Assembly (NCBI RefSeq): GCF_963921235.1
Contig: NC_086118.1
Coordinates: 22,322,001 to 22,386,000 of the forward strand
DNA length: 64,000 bases
Direction: 5' to 3'
Source of the DNA: Mobula hypostoma
Taxonomy: Eukaryota
In this document: one piece after another, positions 49,646-64,000 of the stretch
Position numbering within the stretch: position 1 is the first letter of the stretch
How the letters are laid out: the number at the start of each line of letters is the position of its first letter
Made by a program: the position numbers and the translations under genes
Notes under the pieces: generated by a model
The model's database searches: none
What the model saw: only the letters and a program-made list of their open reading frames with translations
Told to the model about the DNA's origin: nothing

Positions 49646-52600
49646 ATTATGACAAAGTTCCATTCTTGACGTCTCTCTTAGCCCAAGCTGTTTGTAAGCC
49701 CAAGGTGAAGAGAATGTATTACGACAGGAGAGTACGCCGACGTGGGAAGAGTGACCGTCAGCCAGTAAATGAGTGATTGAGTGAGTGAGTCTGTTCAGTG
49801 CTCCCAGCTCTGCTTGGCTTAACCCACCCCCTGAATTTTTGCAGCCTGGTGATGGGTGTGACAAGGAGAGTGTGGAGAGAGAAGGTCCTTCCCTCCTGGA
49901 AGAAGATACTTCAGACCTACTAGTCCTAGCACATTTGTTCCTATCTATCACAAATGTCTTCTAAGTGCTCATACGTATTTACGAGATTTCTGTAAGTCAG
50001 GTATCCATAACTAGGGGATGACGTATAAGTGTAATTTTAAAAAATCACTTGAGCCCTAAACTGCTAGTAATAGCTGAGTGATTTGAATTTTACAAAAGGA
50101 ACGAGCCAAAGGATGAAAGCATTTCTGAATACATAGTAGAATTGCGCAAACTTTCCCAGTACTGTGACTTTAGAGATGGACTTTCTGATGCATTAAAGGA
50201 CAGGGTTGTATTTGGCATGCACAATCAAAGCACTCAAAAGAAGCTACTGTCAGAAAGAGACCTAACCTTAGAACAGACACTGACCATTGCACAATCATTA
50301 GAGAGTATAGCAAAGGATGCAGCAGAACTACAGAAAAAGAGTTTAGAATGTGAAATGTACGAATGGTGCATAAAACCAAAAATGTAATCAATGTGGCATA
50401 TCCTCCCATGATGCAAATGACTAATGTTTCAAACAAAAAGTTTGCAGAAAGTGTCACAGACAAGGTAACATAGAGAATGTACAAATCAGGCAAAAAATAC
50501 AACCAAAGAGAAAAATGTAGAGTGAAAAGTCTCAAATACAAAACTAAACAAATGCATAAATTGACTAAATGTGACACATGGAGGCAAAACACAGCAGTTA
50601 GAAATTGATGTGTTGAAAAGTGGAGGGCCAGCACTTTTCACACATGGATGGTTGAGAAAAATCCAACTAGACTGGCATACAATCAAAGCTCTCAATGAGT
50701 CATCAACAGGCAACTGCAGCCTTAACAGTAGCACTAACCAGAGACTGCCACATCTGCTTAATGCTAATGAGAAGGTGTTTAAGAAGGGTATTGGTGAACT
50801 CAAAGGCACGAAGACCAGAATTGAATTGAATGATGCAGCAACACCAAGATTCCATAAAGCATGTCCAGCTCCTTACACACTACACCCTAAAGTGGATGCT
50901 GAACTTCAGAGCTTGGAGGTGTCTGGCACTCTCTCTGAAGTTGGGTGGAACAATTGGGCCGCATCCATTGTCACAGTGATCAAGAAAGGGAAGGCCGGAG
51001 CTATCCGCATATGTGAGGACTTCAAAGCATTAACACTGTGCTGCTTACTGTGCACTATCCCCTACCCCGAATAGAAAACAGTTTTGCCTTTTTGGCATGT
51101 GGGGGGAGGTTTTCAAAGATTGACGTGTCACAAACCTATCTGCAAATTGGAGATTGAGGAGTCAAGCAAGATGATACTCGCAATCAACACTCACAAGGTA
51201 CTGTTTAGGTATAATTATCTCATCTTTGGTGTCGTATCAGCTCCAGCAATTTGGCAAAGAGCAAAGGACCAAGTGCTCCAAGATATCCCAGGAACACAAT
51301 GTTAGCCTGATGACATCATTGTGACTGATAAGAATGATGAAGAGCACCTCCAGAACCTTGGAAAATTGCTTACCAGGCTGAGAGAGTTTGGTCGGCACAC
51401 AAAGAGAGAGAAATGTGAGTTTTCAAGAATGAAGTCCCATACTGTGGACATGTCATTGACAAGTATGGCTTATGTAAGTCACAAGAGAAGATTGAAGCAA
51501 TGCTGGAGGCACCCAAACCATAAAATGTGTCACAACTCAGGTCATATTTGGGGCTGGTAAACTACTACCACTGGCTTCTCCCAAACATTGCTACAGTGCT
51601 ACACCCTTTGAACACACTGTTGCAGACAGGAGCAAAGTGGGAATGGTCAGAAAGATATGAAAAAGCATTCAAGGAAACAAAGAGACTAATAACATCAGAT
51701 GAACTGCTCACCCATTATGACCCATCTCTGCCCATCAGACTGGTATGTGATGCATCCCCTTATGGCATTGGAGCTGTTTTGTCACACACTAAGAAAGATA
51801 GATCTGAACGCTTGATTGCACTTGCTTCAAGATCACTAATAAGTGCAGAACGCAACTACGCAGAGATCGACCAAGACGCCCTTGGTCTAGTATGGGAAAT
51901 AAAGAAGTTCCACCACTACCTCTATGGACAAGAGTTTACTCTAGTGACAGATCACCAGCCCTTTCTTTCCATGTTAAATCTCAGGAGTAAATCCCAGTAA
52001 TGACGGCGACCCGGTTGCAACTTTGGGCACTTTTCCTCGGAGCCCACTCTTATGACAGAGTTCAAGGGTACCAAACAACACAGCAATGCTGATGGCTTAT
52101 CATTTCTTCCACTGCTGACAACTGAAGAAGAAAAGGCTTCACTCTGTGACCCAGCAGAAATGTTCCTCACACTATTGGTGGACGAGTTACTGGTAACAAA
52201 CTCTGAAGTACCAAGAGAAACAAGGAGTGACCCAACATTGCCAAAAGTCTATGACATCACCATGCAACAATGGCTAGCTCAAGATTACCCTGTGCTTCCA
52301 GAGTTCTCAGTGAGATGAAACCAACTGTTGGTATGTCAAACAACGCTGATGTGTGGATCTCGTGTTGTAGTTCCCTCTAAATTGCATGCCAGAGTATTAG
52401 AAAATCTCCATGAAAGACACCTGGATATGGTCAAGGTGAAGAATCTGGCAGGGAGCTGCGTGTGGAGGCTGGGAATAGATAGACAGATTGAGGACTTGAC
52501 CAAAAGCTGTTTGGGGTGCCACAAGGTTCAAAATACACCCCCACAGGCACTGTTACATCCATGGGAGTGGCCATCTTCACCGTGACAAAGAGTACATATT

Positions 52601-53444
52601 GACCTTGCTCGGCCATTCATGGACTCCATATTTCTGATTGCTGTGGATGCTCATTTGAAGTGGCCTGATGTCATACAAATGAAGTCAATAACCTCAGAAA
52701 AGACTGTTTCAGCTTTGAGGATTATCTTCACCAGAGATGGCTTAAATTATGAGTGACAACGGACTACAGTACACATCAAAAGAGTTTGGAGTATTCATGA
52801 ACATTTCAAGTCAGCTCCTCACCACCCAGCACTATCCAAACCTTCAAGAAGTCCATTAAAGCTATGGACAAGGAGGGCATTTCTCTGCAGCACAAGGTGG
52901 ACAATTTCCTTTGTAGGTATCGGACTCTGCTCATGCAACGACGAATCAAACACATGCAATGCTGTTCATGAGCAGAGATCTGAAATCTCACGTCAACCTC
53001 CTGAAGCTAGATCTACCGAGGGGAGTGCAGAATAAACAGTTTAGCCAGTTGCCAAGTGAAGCAGCAAAGAACTTCGAGTTTGGACAGGAAGTCATAACGT
53101 GTGATTACTGAGAAGACAAGTGGACAACCGGTAGGATAGCTACAAGAACTGGACCTCTGATGTACACAGTGGATGTTGGACGTCATAGATGGAGATGACC
53201 TGTGGACCAGATTCTTGATGCTCAGCCGAAGACCACACCTGAGCTGACTGTATCCAACAAGACAAACACATTACAGCCACTGGACTTACCTCTCCGTGAT
53301 AATTATGCCACAAACAGCAATGAGACACCTGCAACAGAGAAAATTGTCATTGACAAGACCGCTGCCAAACCTGATATCACTCCACAAGTCCAAAGGTGTT
53401 ATCCTGACAGAAACAGAGTGCCACCCAAAAGATTGAATCTCTAG
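49646..53444 (+). mobile_element. Decayed Ty3/Gypsy element (LTR-like 5' part, gag, RT, RNase H, integrase)
   Basis: LKDRVVFGM..QKKLL; LIFGVVSAPAIWQR; CDASPYGIGAVLSH..ERNYAEI..LVTDHQP; LHERHLDM..C..C; ends RCYPDRNRVPPKRLNL*; many stops and frameshifts, protease DTG region missing. Confidence 0.95.
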
Positions 53445-54504
53445 TACAGTGAAGTTAATAATGAACTGTTATTGTGAAAGCATTTTTATTTGAATATGGT
53501 TTGGTAAAGGGAAATTGAATGCTTTGTTACATACACAACTAATGCAAATAAAATGCAAAACATTCTGAGAGATTTTTATAAACAATCAAAAATTCAAATT
53601 GAAATTACCCAAATTTAAGTAAACTTTCAGATTAATAGGTAAAAACTGATTTTAAAACTCAAAAGCGAAGAACAAGATTTTACTTTATTTGAGTTCTGTG
53701 GATTGCCCATTAATAAAATGTAAGCTTCATCCTGGCCTGATGTCTGAAACAAAAATAAAATGAAATGTCAAGGTTGGTACATTCAAATATTTTATGGCAT
53801 TGTGCAGAAGCAAATTACATTATTGATTTTTGTACCTTAACAAGGCTCAGACCACTCTGTGAGGTAGATCAGAGTATGTCCGATTGTAAGTGGGGAGCTG
53901 TGAAGTAAAAAAGACGTTGCACATGTTTTGTTCCTAGGATGAAGAACATAATTGCTGGGGTATTGAACATCGTTTTCTTTCAGAACCTAGTGCCAATATC
54001 TCCATACCAGAAAGCATACTTACTTCCTGAAGCAACATTGAAATGTGTGCTCTCCTACAGGAAAGAATTTTATGGCCTTTCTGAATGAAGGTAACAATTC
54101 TGTACCAATCACTGCCAAGTTATTGGGTAACGCATACTATGCAGTTATAATAGTAAGCCACTTAAATTGAGTCTAATGTTACTTTGAACTCTTAAAGGGC
54201 TTTCAAATTTAAAATAAATTCCCAGAATGAAAGGTAGTGTGGTGTGCGAATGAACTGCATTCCCCTGCTTTTTAAAAAATCTTCCTCCTTGATTTCATGA
54301 CCCCTAGGAATATCAAGGGTGATTTTTACATTTATTCTTTCCTATTTATGATTAGAAAGTCAATCAAAAATTTAGGAGCATGACCCTAGCAAAATATATG
54401 ACTTGAAATAGAATTTTCTCTGCTGTGACAATCGAGATCTCTATTCAAGTGGTCGGCAGAAAGTAGGTGGAAGTTTCGTTCAAGATGTTTTACATCAGGC
54501 AACA

Positions 54505-54625
54505 CTGGAGGCTGCTGATGCTGGAAACTCATGCAGAAAGCAAACTGCAGGAGGAACTCAGCAGATCAGGCAGCATTGCAGAAAGCATTGGACAACTGAT
54601 GTTTTGGGTCAAGTCCCTCCATCTT
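54505..54625 (-). mobile_element. PLE terminal remnant
   Basis: gatgctggaaa..ggaggaactcagcagatcaggcagcat block. Confidence 0.65.
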
Positions 54626-54630
54626 ATATA

Positions 54631-55355
54631 TGTAGCCCCCTGGTGAGCCTCAGGCTCGCTCAGCTCACTTTCGTCTAGGGGGAGCAGCCTTCGGCCCCGC
54701 CAAACTGGGTAATCAAGTTTGAGTAGATGCTTTGTGATGTACCCCACCCAGCCAAATAACAGGCAATACACCATATGCGATTAAATGATTGCATTTTATA
54801 ACTCTTACCTTGACTTTGTAATTAATAGAGATACAATGTAAAAGGAAAGTAAAAGGTGCCAGATTTATCAAAGTTCAACCACTTCGTGCACAACCGTTGA
54901 AGTTCAATGAATGGGGTCGTCTTTCCACCATGCGATCTCCTCCGAGCCCCTCGACCCGCCGCCTGGGACCAAACACGGTGGTCAACCAGAGTGCGTACAG
55001 CATGTCCTTCCTCTTCGGTTCTCCTCCCGAAAACCCTGGGCATTGGACTCCCGCTCGGGGTCCGTTCCGTCACCCAGTTTACAGCATTGCGTCTCCTCTC
55101 TTTGCCCCCATTGCGCCGTTTGCCCCAAAGCCCGCAAAAACAATAGCTTACAGACACACAAGTAAGAATAACATCTATCCCAATTGGTTAGAAAATGAAT
55201 ACAATTCTCTTATCAGTAGTATAACCCAAACAAGCTGCTAGAGAGAGAACCACTGTCTCAGCAGTTAACATCACAGAGAAGCCATTTTATTCTAACATAA
55301 CAAAGAAACCATTTTTATTAGCCTTAGCAGTAACATAAACAAGAAAACCCTTACA
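54631..55355 (-). mobile_element. Solo LTR
   Basis: TGTA..TACA ends, 4-bp TSD TATA (54627-54630, 55356-55359), CpG-rich; start resembles the LTR at 1234 (..aactgggt). Confidence 0.88.
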
Positions 55356-55369
55356 TATAGACTACTTTT

Positions 55370-55560
55370 ACCTCAGACTACAGGATATTTAAGAGCCTTT
55401 AAGACTCTAAGATAGCTACACGGATGTAAGAAATTTGGGAGATTGGTTGGATGGAGTCTGTAGGAGGGATTGATCATGGTATAGGTTTATGTAGGTTAGC
55501 ATGACATTGAGGGCCAAAGGCCCATACTGGGCTGTATTGTTCTATGTTCTGCGTTCTAAA
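55370..55560 (+). mobile_element. CR1 3' tail
   Basis: gggccaaaggccc..ctgtattgttctatgttct. Confidence 0.7.
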
Positions 55561-56919
55561 AACCATGACCAGCTCAGGCTCTCCAGTCACATCAACCATT
55601 CGCTGCTTTGCTCTCTGATTCCTCATTACAAGCTGAAGTTTGGTTAACTCCTATTGATTCATTTCAGCAGTCCCAACAGAACTACAGTTGGACCCTTTCT
55701 CTGTTTCTGTTAGGCTTTATATTTATTTATCCCCTTGTCTTTCTCCCTTCTTGCTTCTCAGATATGCTGCTTTAATGTTGTAGTTCAAAATAAACTTCAT
55801 CTGCACAGTTGCTTTTAAACTCCTCTACAAAACGCATACTTTCTCTACCTTGTAACTTATCAGTCCCTTAGGAACTTTCTTCATTTCTTTTACCATTTTA
55901 TGCCTTCTATTGTAAATATGTCAGCCTTTCAAAATATGCAATTTCCTATATTTTAATATAATATCAAATTCTTCTTTGGGTTCCTATTTCACATCCTTTT
56001 GCCCGTATATCAGCACTTTCACTTCATTAAATCTGCATATATTCAGAGGAGCTCCTTTTAAACTGAAGCTTTTATTTTGAAAATTGAATTCAAAAGATTA
56101 ACTTCACTGGGTTTAAGGCAATAATTCAATTTTGAGATTTGACTGGAGATTATAATCCTCTTGTGTCCTGCTCTGTTTTGGTGATGTCATCTAAATCATT
56201 AGATTTGAATCACAGCTTTCCATTTCTGACATTTACTTTCTTATTCGAGTTTTGAAATTTCTCTACATTTAAGCCCTAGATTCATCAACAACTGCCACTT
56301 TCTTTTAAATTCCTGACACTTCCCAGACAAAAAGCTATATGATTTTGTCAATTTAACACTTTGAGGCTACCCTACCCGCTAAAGTTTATATCAGAACAAC
56401 AAGATATGGACTGAGATGGCAGAAGTAGATCCTACATTTTTCTTCCGACCATTAGCATTTCAATCAATTTCTAAGGTAATAATCAAGTACTAAATGTAGC
56501 TATTAATACTTTAATGCTGAAATGGAATCCAAATGTATGTTTTACTCTCCAGAGCTGATTTCTCCCCAATGAAACTAGCCAAACAAAAAGAAATGGAATA
56601 TTTGAAGACTTTTCTCCTGCACCTTCATGACCCTAATTCCTTAAACACTCGCGAGTTTGCTATATGTCCCAATATGTCTTTAGATAAACCTAACATTCCA
56701 CGGCTTTGCTGCAGTAGAGAGTCTCTTATGTGATTGCGAGGAAAAGTGCCACAGGATGAGAAGGAGTGAGTGGGGGAGGCACTAACAGACAAAGATGTTA
56801 TTGAAAGAATGATCCTTTTGGAAAGCAGAAGTTGGGGTAGAGTGGAAGATGTGACTGCTGGTGGAATCACTTTGGAGAGGGAAAAAAAGGAAACTGGAAC
56901 AAACTGTAATTGTTTTTCA

Positions 56920-57160
56920 CAAATGAAAGAAAGCCAGCAGATGCTTGAAGTCACAAGATGCTGGAGTAACTCGGCAGGCTAGGCAGCATCTATGGAAAAG
57001 AATAAACAGCCAACGTTTCCGGCCGAGACCCTTCATCAAATCCAATTCTCCACAAGTTTCCTGCACACATTGGCAATTTACCATCATCAATTAACCTACC
57101 AATCTGCATACCACAGTGCATGTAGGAAATTCACATGGTCACAGGGAGAACATGCATGTT
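56920..57160 (-). mobile_element. PLE terminus (hammerhead remnant) followed by a SINE fragment
   Basis: cgtttccggccgagacccttcatca; catggtcacagggagaacatgca. Confidence 0.7.
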
Positions 57161-59889
57161 CGCCTTTATAACATTCCCAGTACTTTCAGAAGTACCACAA
57201 TTGGGTTCCTTCTGTGCTCGTCTTATATTTCACCATCCTTCAAATTTGATGGATTGCCCTCCCTATTCCTGATACCATCTCAAAACACACCTTCACCTTT
57301 TTCCTAGTTCAGCATGTGTGAACTTACTCCTCTGTTGTTATCAATATCTTTTCCCTTTCCCCTGGCATCTTCCCAATCATGGGAGCTACAGAACCCACAT
57401 GATTACCCTCCGTTCACACAATACAGGGCCAAAAAGAACATTACTCATGTACAACTGTGATTCACCTCTTATGGGCTTATTGCTTTTGAAATAGTTTGCA
57501 TTTCATTGCAGAGAGTAAAAGCAGAAATTATGGCTATTCCATATAACAACTTCATTTGCTTCACAAGCACACCTGTAGTAACAGTGACGTCTTTATTTCT
57601 GTGTCCCTCTCTCGCCTTTGTAACTTCAATCTTCCAGTTAATCCAAGATATTGCAATTTGCAAAGGAACACCTCAGCTTTTCTCTAGGCAGAATTCATCA
57701 TGTGGGAAGCAACTTCTACCTAACAACTGGATCTGAGGACTTTATTTTTTTCAGGACTTTGCAACTGATTGCCACTTTAATCCAATTATTAGTCTAAAGC
57801 CATAATGCTTCTCTCTCCACTGATCTGCTGTGTATTTCTAGCAGTTTCTGGTTTCATCCTGGGTAAAATGAGACTGTGAATGTTTCTGGATGAAATCCCA
57901 TCCACTGGGAAATGGAATTAGATGCTTCTCATTAGGAATACCTGCAATTTCAAAGTTTTGAAATCACAGTTCCCATACACATTGCTTATTTTGGACTCTA
58001 ACAGATGAACTTGGACCAGGAAAAATAATCTATCAGCCATGATTGAATGGCAGAGCAGATTCAATGAGCCAAATGGTCTAATTCTGCTTCTATGTCTTAT
58101 GGTCTTATGTTATCCAGTGACAAGCATTTTAGGAGATAAAACGATCTTCATGCCCCAGCACTGAACGGAGAGCCCTGCAGGCAAGTCAAAAACTTGTCTA
58201 TAGCAAGAGGATATGCGAGTACTGTATATCCTCATACTTCCACCCTGCACTGATCCCTCTGATGAGCCACTGCAATGATAGCCTCTCCTCTTTTTACAAT
58301 CCTCTTCTCTTCCCTAGGCAATCCCTCAGGAAAGGGTAACAGAATTTGCAATGGCTTTTCCAAAGGATGGAGTAAAAAGATGAAGAAAGGAAAACACTTT
58401 CAAAAGGGTAGTGAATCCTCTCAACCCTGTTCTCCTCAGGCAGGAGAATGGGGTTGAGAAGGATAATAAATCAGTCATGATAGAATGGCAGGGCAGACTT
58501 CTCCTTTGTCTTTTGGCTTTATCGTCTTAATGGTAGGATGGGAATAGTGGCAATCCTAAACTGTTACTTGTGGGCTTAATGGCACCTTACACTGTGAAGA
58601 AGCTTGAACATTTTCACAGATATATCTGGTCTCTCCATCTGTTGAAATCTGCTGGGCTTGTGGTTAGTTCTCCTTGGATTAGAAACCTCAAAGACCTCCC
58701 TAATGCAACAACTAGGTGGAAAATCAACCAGCAATTAACTTATAAATAGCATTCCCGTGTTGCCTTTAAATAACACTTCTGTCTTGTCCCTAATTGTTGC
58801 TGAATGTGTGTTCAGTTTTGTGAGGATTATTAAGCTAAAAATGGTAATGCTTACATTATAACAGTTGATTGATGCCTTGATTTTCCTGATATGCAGATGA
58901 ACCAAATCAAGACATCAATCAACTGAGATTATCTGCACAAACTAACTTCCTCCCTCACGTGGTGCAATTTAATTATCATTTTGCATGTAGATCATGCACA
59001 CAATTTTATCTCTCTCAAGGCTCTTACAATCCCTAAAATTTACAATACTGACCCCACTTGCACCACCACCATTCTACTAATGCCAGTTTACCTCGGAAAG
59101 TTAGAATGAATAGTTGTACATGAAGCACACATTCCTGGTATTGGTCCTGCTTCAGGCAGAGGGTGAATAGCACAAATGATATTCTGCAGAGACTTTGCAC
59201 ATATTTTCATCCCTGCTCCCTGAAGAAACAAGCGTAGTAGGAGATTGTTCTTGGGATTTATAAATTTGGTTGAAGTCTCTATGGAATCTTTTAATTAGGC
59301 TCCATTAGTGGGGAATATAAGTTATGCCTGGTTCAAAGAGCAAATACATTTGAGACGCTCATAGAAAATTGCTGCTTGATGTTGTATTCTTTCAGTAGGA
59401 CTTGGAATGAAGCCAAGAGCAATCTAATACTTATTAGCTTAAGACGAAAATGGTGAAACATCTGAAAGTTAAGCATCCATCATAAATGCCTTTTGGTTTG
59501 ATATTATTTCCTCGATTGTAGCAAGAAATAAAGTAAATAATGGACATTTGGGAATGTTGCCAAGCAAAGCAGGAAGAAAGTAATGCCATCCAAATAGGAG
59601 GCTGATACTTTATTTTATTGACTTGAGACCTCTTACTTGGGTTCCATGTTTTAAACTTTACTTAGAAGTGAACTCAAACAAGTCACAGCATTGAGATAGT
59701 TTCCAGCGGAACTTTGTAAAATAGCACATGCATGAGAAAAACTTTATTAAGTAATCTTTCAAGATGGATAGTTCCTATCTAGCACGTTAGTGGAACTCCT
59801 CACCTGTGGCAGTTGTAAAATATACTCAGTATTAGGTACAGGTGTGAAACCCAGTGGATGACTGCTATAGCCATCCACTTCAAGGTTAG

Positions 59890-61168
59890 GCAGGTTATCT
59901 ATTTAGAGATACTCTTTTGCACACCACTGTTGTAATATGTGGTTGTTTGAGTTACCATCGCCTTCCTGTCAGCTTGAACCTGTCAGGTCATTCTCCTCCG
60001 AACGGTCTCATTAACAAGCAAGAGAAAATCTGCAGATGCTGGAAATCCAAGCAACACACACAAAATGCCGGAGGAACTCAGCAGGCCAGGCAGCATCTAT
60101 GGAAAAGAGAAAAGTTGAAATTTTGGGCAAGGACCCTTCAGCAGACCTGCAGAAAAAAACCTGAGGAGTAGATTTAAAAGGTGTGAGGACAGGAGAGAGA
60201 AACACAAGGTGATAAGTGAAACCTGAAGGGGAGGGATGAAGTAAAGAGCTGAGAAATTGGTGAAAAAGACAGAAGACCATGGAAGAAAGGCCTATACTCA
60301 CCTACACTCTGTCCGCCAGAAAAAGTGGGGTCTCCCAGTGGCCACACATTTTAATTCCACTTCCCATTCCCATTCCGATATGTCCATCCATAGCCTCCTC
60401 CGATGCCGTGATGATGCCACACTGAGGTTGGAGAAACAACACCTTATTTTCAGTTTGCATAGCTTCCAGCCTGATAGCATGAACATCGATTTATCAAACT
60501 TCCAGTAATAACCCCCACCCATCCCCTCCCTCTCCTTCACCAGTCCTCATCCCCTCTTCCCTCTCTCACCTTATCTCCTTGCCCTCCCATTGCCTCCCTC
60601 TGGTATTCCTCCTCTCTTTTCTTCCTTCCATAGACTTCTCTCTCATTCACCAATCAACTTCCCAGCTCTATACTTCATCCCTCCCCCTCCAGGCTTCACC
60701 TATCAACTTGTGTTTCTCTCTTCCCTCTCCCCACCTTTTAAATGTGTTCCTCAGCATTTTTCTCCAGTCCTGCCGAAGGGCTTTGGCCTGAAACGTCAAC
60801 TGTATTCTTTTGCATGGATGCTGCCTGGCCTGCTGACTTCCCCCAGCATTTTGTGTGTGTCTGTCATTAACAAGGTGTTTTTGCCCACAGAACTACCACT
60901 CTTTGGATGCTTATTGTTCTGTGAGAAAATCCTAGGAGATTAGCAGTTTCCGAGATACTCAGAAGAATCCTGTCTGGCACCCACAATCATTCCAGAGTCA
61001 AGGTCACTTAGATCACATTTTTTCCATTCTGATGTTTGGTCTGAACAACAAATGAACCTCTTGACTATGTCTGCATGTTTTTATGCATTAAGTGCTGTCA
61101 CATAGGCTGATTAGATATTTGCATTAACAAGCATGTTAAACAGGCTTACCTAATAAAGTGGCCACTGC
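59890..61168 (-). mobile_element. Tc1-like remnant split by a PLE insertion
   Basis: TIR cctaataaagtggccactg at about 61149-61167; same family as 22332-22875. Confidence 0.75.
60019..60863. mobile_element. Penelope-like element with inverted terminal duplication
   Basis: Minus terminus 60019-60290 and plus 3' portion 60290-60860 (HFNSTSHSHSDMS..QPDSMNID, hammerhead remnant at 60770-60800); 11-bp TSD TCATTAACAAG (60008-60018, 60864-60874). Confidence 0.9.
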
Positions 61169-61623
61169 ATCTTATTTTAACTTTTAGTTGCAAAACAATG
61201 TTATTGAACAGGATAGGACAGGCAAAGAGGAGCAAAATCAAAATAAGTGTTTCTGTTAGGCGACACACACACAAAATGGCTTCCTGTTAAGCCCTTTACT
61301 TCTTCATCTTTGTTTTGGTGATTTAGTTTTAGATGCTACTATTTTACTGTTTGCCTTAACAACTATAAAGATTGCTCTGCTTACTTTGTTTGATTCAGAA
61401 GTGCTGATCAAACGGTCTCATTTTGAAGACTCCAAATTAAACTCAGCTGATTTGAAAGTAGATCCTGGTGAATATCTCAAGCATTAACCAGACCTTCAGC
61501 AATTTAAGCAACTGTCTGTTCAAATTCAAAAGGTTGTTAATCAGACACCTCAGCCAAATCAATCCAAGTGAATGCAATGTAGATGAGTTGCATTGTGAGC
61601 AGCAAGTACAGAATACTAAATTA

Positions 61624-63760
61624 GAACCAACTAGAGAGCAGGCTATTCTGGACTGGGTTTTGAGCAATGAGGAAGGGTTAATTAGCAATCTTGTCGTGAG
61701 AGGCCCCTTGGGTAAGAGTGACCATAATATGGTGGAATTCTTCATCAAGATGGAGAGTGACATAGTTAATTCAGAAACAAAGGTTCTGAACTTAAAGAGG
61801 GGTAACTTTGAAGGTATGAGACGTGAATTAGCTAAGATAGACTGGCAAATGACACTTAAAGGATTGACGGTGGATATGCAATGGCAAGCATTTAAAGGTT
61901 GCATGGATGAACTACAACAATTGTTCATCCCAGTTTGGCAAAAGAATAAATCCAGGAAGGTAGTGCACCTGTGGCTGACAAGAGAAATTAGGGAGAGTAT
62001 CAATTCCAAAGAAGAAGCATACAAATTAGCCAGAGAAAGTGGCTCACCTGAGGACTGGGAGAAATTCAGATTTCAGCAGAGGAGGACAAAGGGCTTAATT
62101 AGGAAGGGGAAAAAAGATTATGAGAGAAAACTGGCAGGGAACATAAAAACGGACTGTAAAAGCTTTTATAGATATGTAAAAAGGAAAAGACTGGTAAAGA
62201 CAAATGTAGGTCCCCTGCAGACAGAAACAGGTGAATTGATTATGGGGAGCAAGGACATGGCAGACCAATTGAATAATTACTTTGGTTCTGTCTTCACTAA
62301 GGAGGACATAAATAATCCTCCAGAAATAGTAAGGGACAGAGGGTCCAGTGAGATGGAGGAACTGAGCGAAATACATGTTAGTAGGGAAGTGGTGTTAGGT
62401 AAATTGAAGGGATTGAAGGCAGATAAATCCCCAGGGCCAGATGGTCTGCATCCTAGAGTGCTTAAGGAAGTAGCCCAAGAAATAGTGGATGCATTAGTGA
62501 TAATTTTTCAAAACTCGTTAGATTCTGGACTAGTTCCTGAGGATTGGAGGGTGGCTAATGTAACCCCACTTTTTAAAAAAGGAGGGAGAGAGAAACCGGG
62601 GAATTATGGACCGGTTAGCCTAACGTCGGTGGTGGGGAAACTGCTGGAGTCAGTTATCAAGGATGTGATAACAGCACATTTGGAAAGCGGTGAAATGATC
62701 GGACAAAGTCAGCATGGATTTGTGAAAGGAAAATCATGTCTGACGAATCTCATAGAATTTTTTGAGGATGTAACTGGTAGAGTGGATAGGGGAGAACCAG
62801 TGGATGTGGTATATTTGGATTTTCAAAAGGCTTTTGACAAGGTCCCACACAGGAGATCAGTGTGCAAACTTAAAGCACACGGTATTGGGGGTAAGGTATT
62901 GGTGTGGGTGGAGAATTGGTTAGCAGACAGGAAGCAAAGAGTGGGAATAAATGGGACCTTTTCAGAATGGCAGGCGGTGACTAGTGGGGTACCGCAAGGC
63001 TCAGTGCTGGGACCCCAGTTGTTTACAATATATATTAATGACTTGGATGAGGGAATTAAATGCAGCATCTCCAAGTTTGCGGATGACACGAAGCTGGGTG
63101 GCAGTGTTAGCAGTGAGGAGGATGCTAAGAGGATGCAGGGTGACTTGGATAGGTTGGGTGAGTGGGCAAATTCATGGCAGATGCAATTTAATGTGGATAA
63201 ATGTGAAGTTATCCACTTTGGTGGCAAAAATAGGAAAACAGATTATTATCTGAATGGTGGCCGATGAGGAAAAGGGGAGGTGCAACGAGACCTGGGTGTC
63301 ATTATACACCAGTCATTGAAAGTGGGCATGCAGGTACAGCAGGTGGTGAAAAAGGCGAATGGTATGCTGGCATTATCTGATTGAAACGTATAAGATCCTA
63401 AAGGGATTGGACAGGCTAGATGCAGGAAGATTGTTCCCGATGTTGGGGAGGTCTAGAACGAGGGGTCACAGTTTGAGGATAGAGGGGAAGCCTTTTAGGA
63501 CCGAGGTTAGGAAAAACTTCTTCACACAGAGAGTGGTGAATCTGTGGAATTCTCTGCCACAGGAAACTGTTGAGGCCAGTTCATTGGCTATATTTAAGAG
63601 GGAGTTAGATATGGCCCTTGTGGCTACAGGGGTCAGGGGGTATGGAGGGAAGGCTGGGTTCTGAGTTGGATGATCAGCCATGATCATAATAAATGGCGGT
63701 GCAGGCAAGAAGGGCCGAATGGCCTACTCGTGCACCTATTTTCTATGTTTCTATGTTTCT
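61624..63760 (+). mobile_element. Young 5'-truncated CR1/L3 LINE (long open RT frame to 63267, internal deletion near 63376)
   Basis: PTREQAILD..PGPDG..QSQHGF..LDFQKAFDKV..GVPQGSVLGP..KFADDTKL; (ctatgttt)n tail; TSD CTAAATTA (61616-61623, 63759-63766). Confidence 0.97.
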
Positions 63761-64000
63761 AAATTAAAACGAACACTGTTTCAGTAGAAAGGAATTGTAC
63801 GTCCCAGAGCAGAAGGAAGTGAAATGGCAGGTACTGGTTGAACAGGAGGATGCTAAGGGAAAGAGATAAGGTGGCAGCTGAGTGAAGCAGAATAGGTAAA
63901 GAGAGTGATCAGTTTGCAAAGATGAGGTGACAGAAGAAGAGGACAAGGCTTGTTTTGATATGGAGATGCTAGAAATAATGGAGAACGACCTGTTGAAAGG

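Noticed and set aside
61468..63267. 599-aa ORF as a host gene
   Set aside because: CR1 ORF2; the first 50 or so codons are chance read-through from flanking DNA
1..64000. CRISPR array, rRNA or prokaryotic operon
   Set aside because: No regularly spaced direct repeats or rRNA motifs; content is vertebrate repeat-rich DNA

Overview
Vertebrate genomic DNA, AT-rich and dominated by nested, mostly decayed transposable elements. The repeat families suggest a cartilaginous fish, probably a ray; this is inference. No intact, recognisable host gene is present, only a few candidate minus-strand exons (best: 86-324). The repeats comprise CR1/L3, Rex1/Babar and L1 LINEs, many Penelope-like elements (PLEs) with minimal hammerhead ribozymes, Gypsy elements and solo LTRs, a decayed endogenous retrovirus (tether-RNase H-integrase-probable env-LTR, minus strand), pogo, Tc1, Harbinger, piggyBac and hAT remnants, and SINEs. 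Most notable: (1) a Gypsy element whose RT-RH-IN core is replaced by an intronless fragment of the splicing factor RBM25; (2) a perfect 166-bp inverted copy of sequence about 3.4 kb upstream pasted into that RBM25 fragment with a snap-back hairpin junction; (3) young, TSD-flanked palindromic PLE insertions, two of them carrying an intact hammerhead ribozyme on each strand; (4) the ERV fossil. Family assignments come from motif recognition, not database searches, and boundaries without TSDs are approximate.
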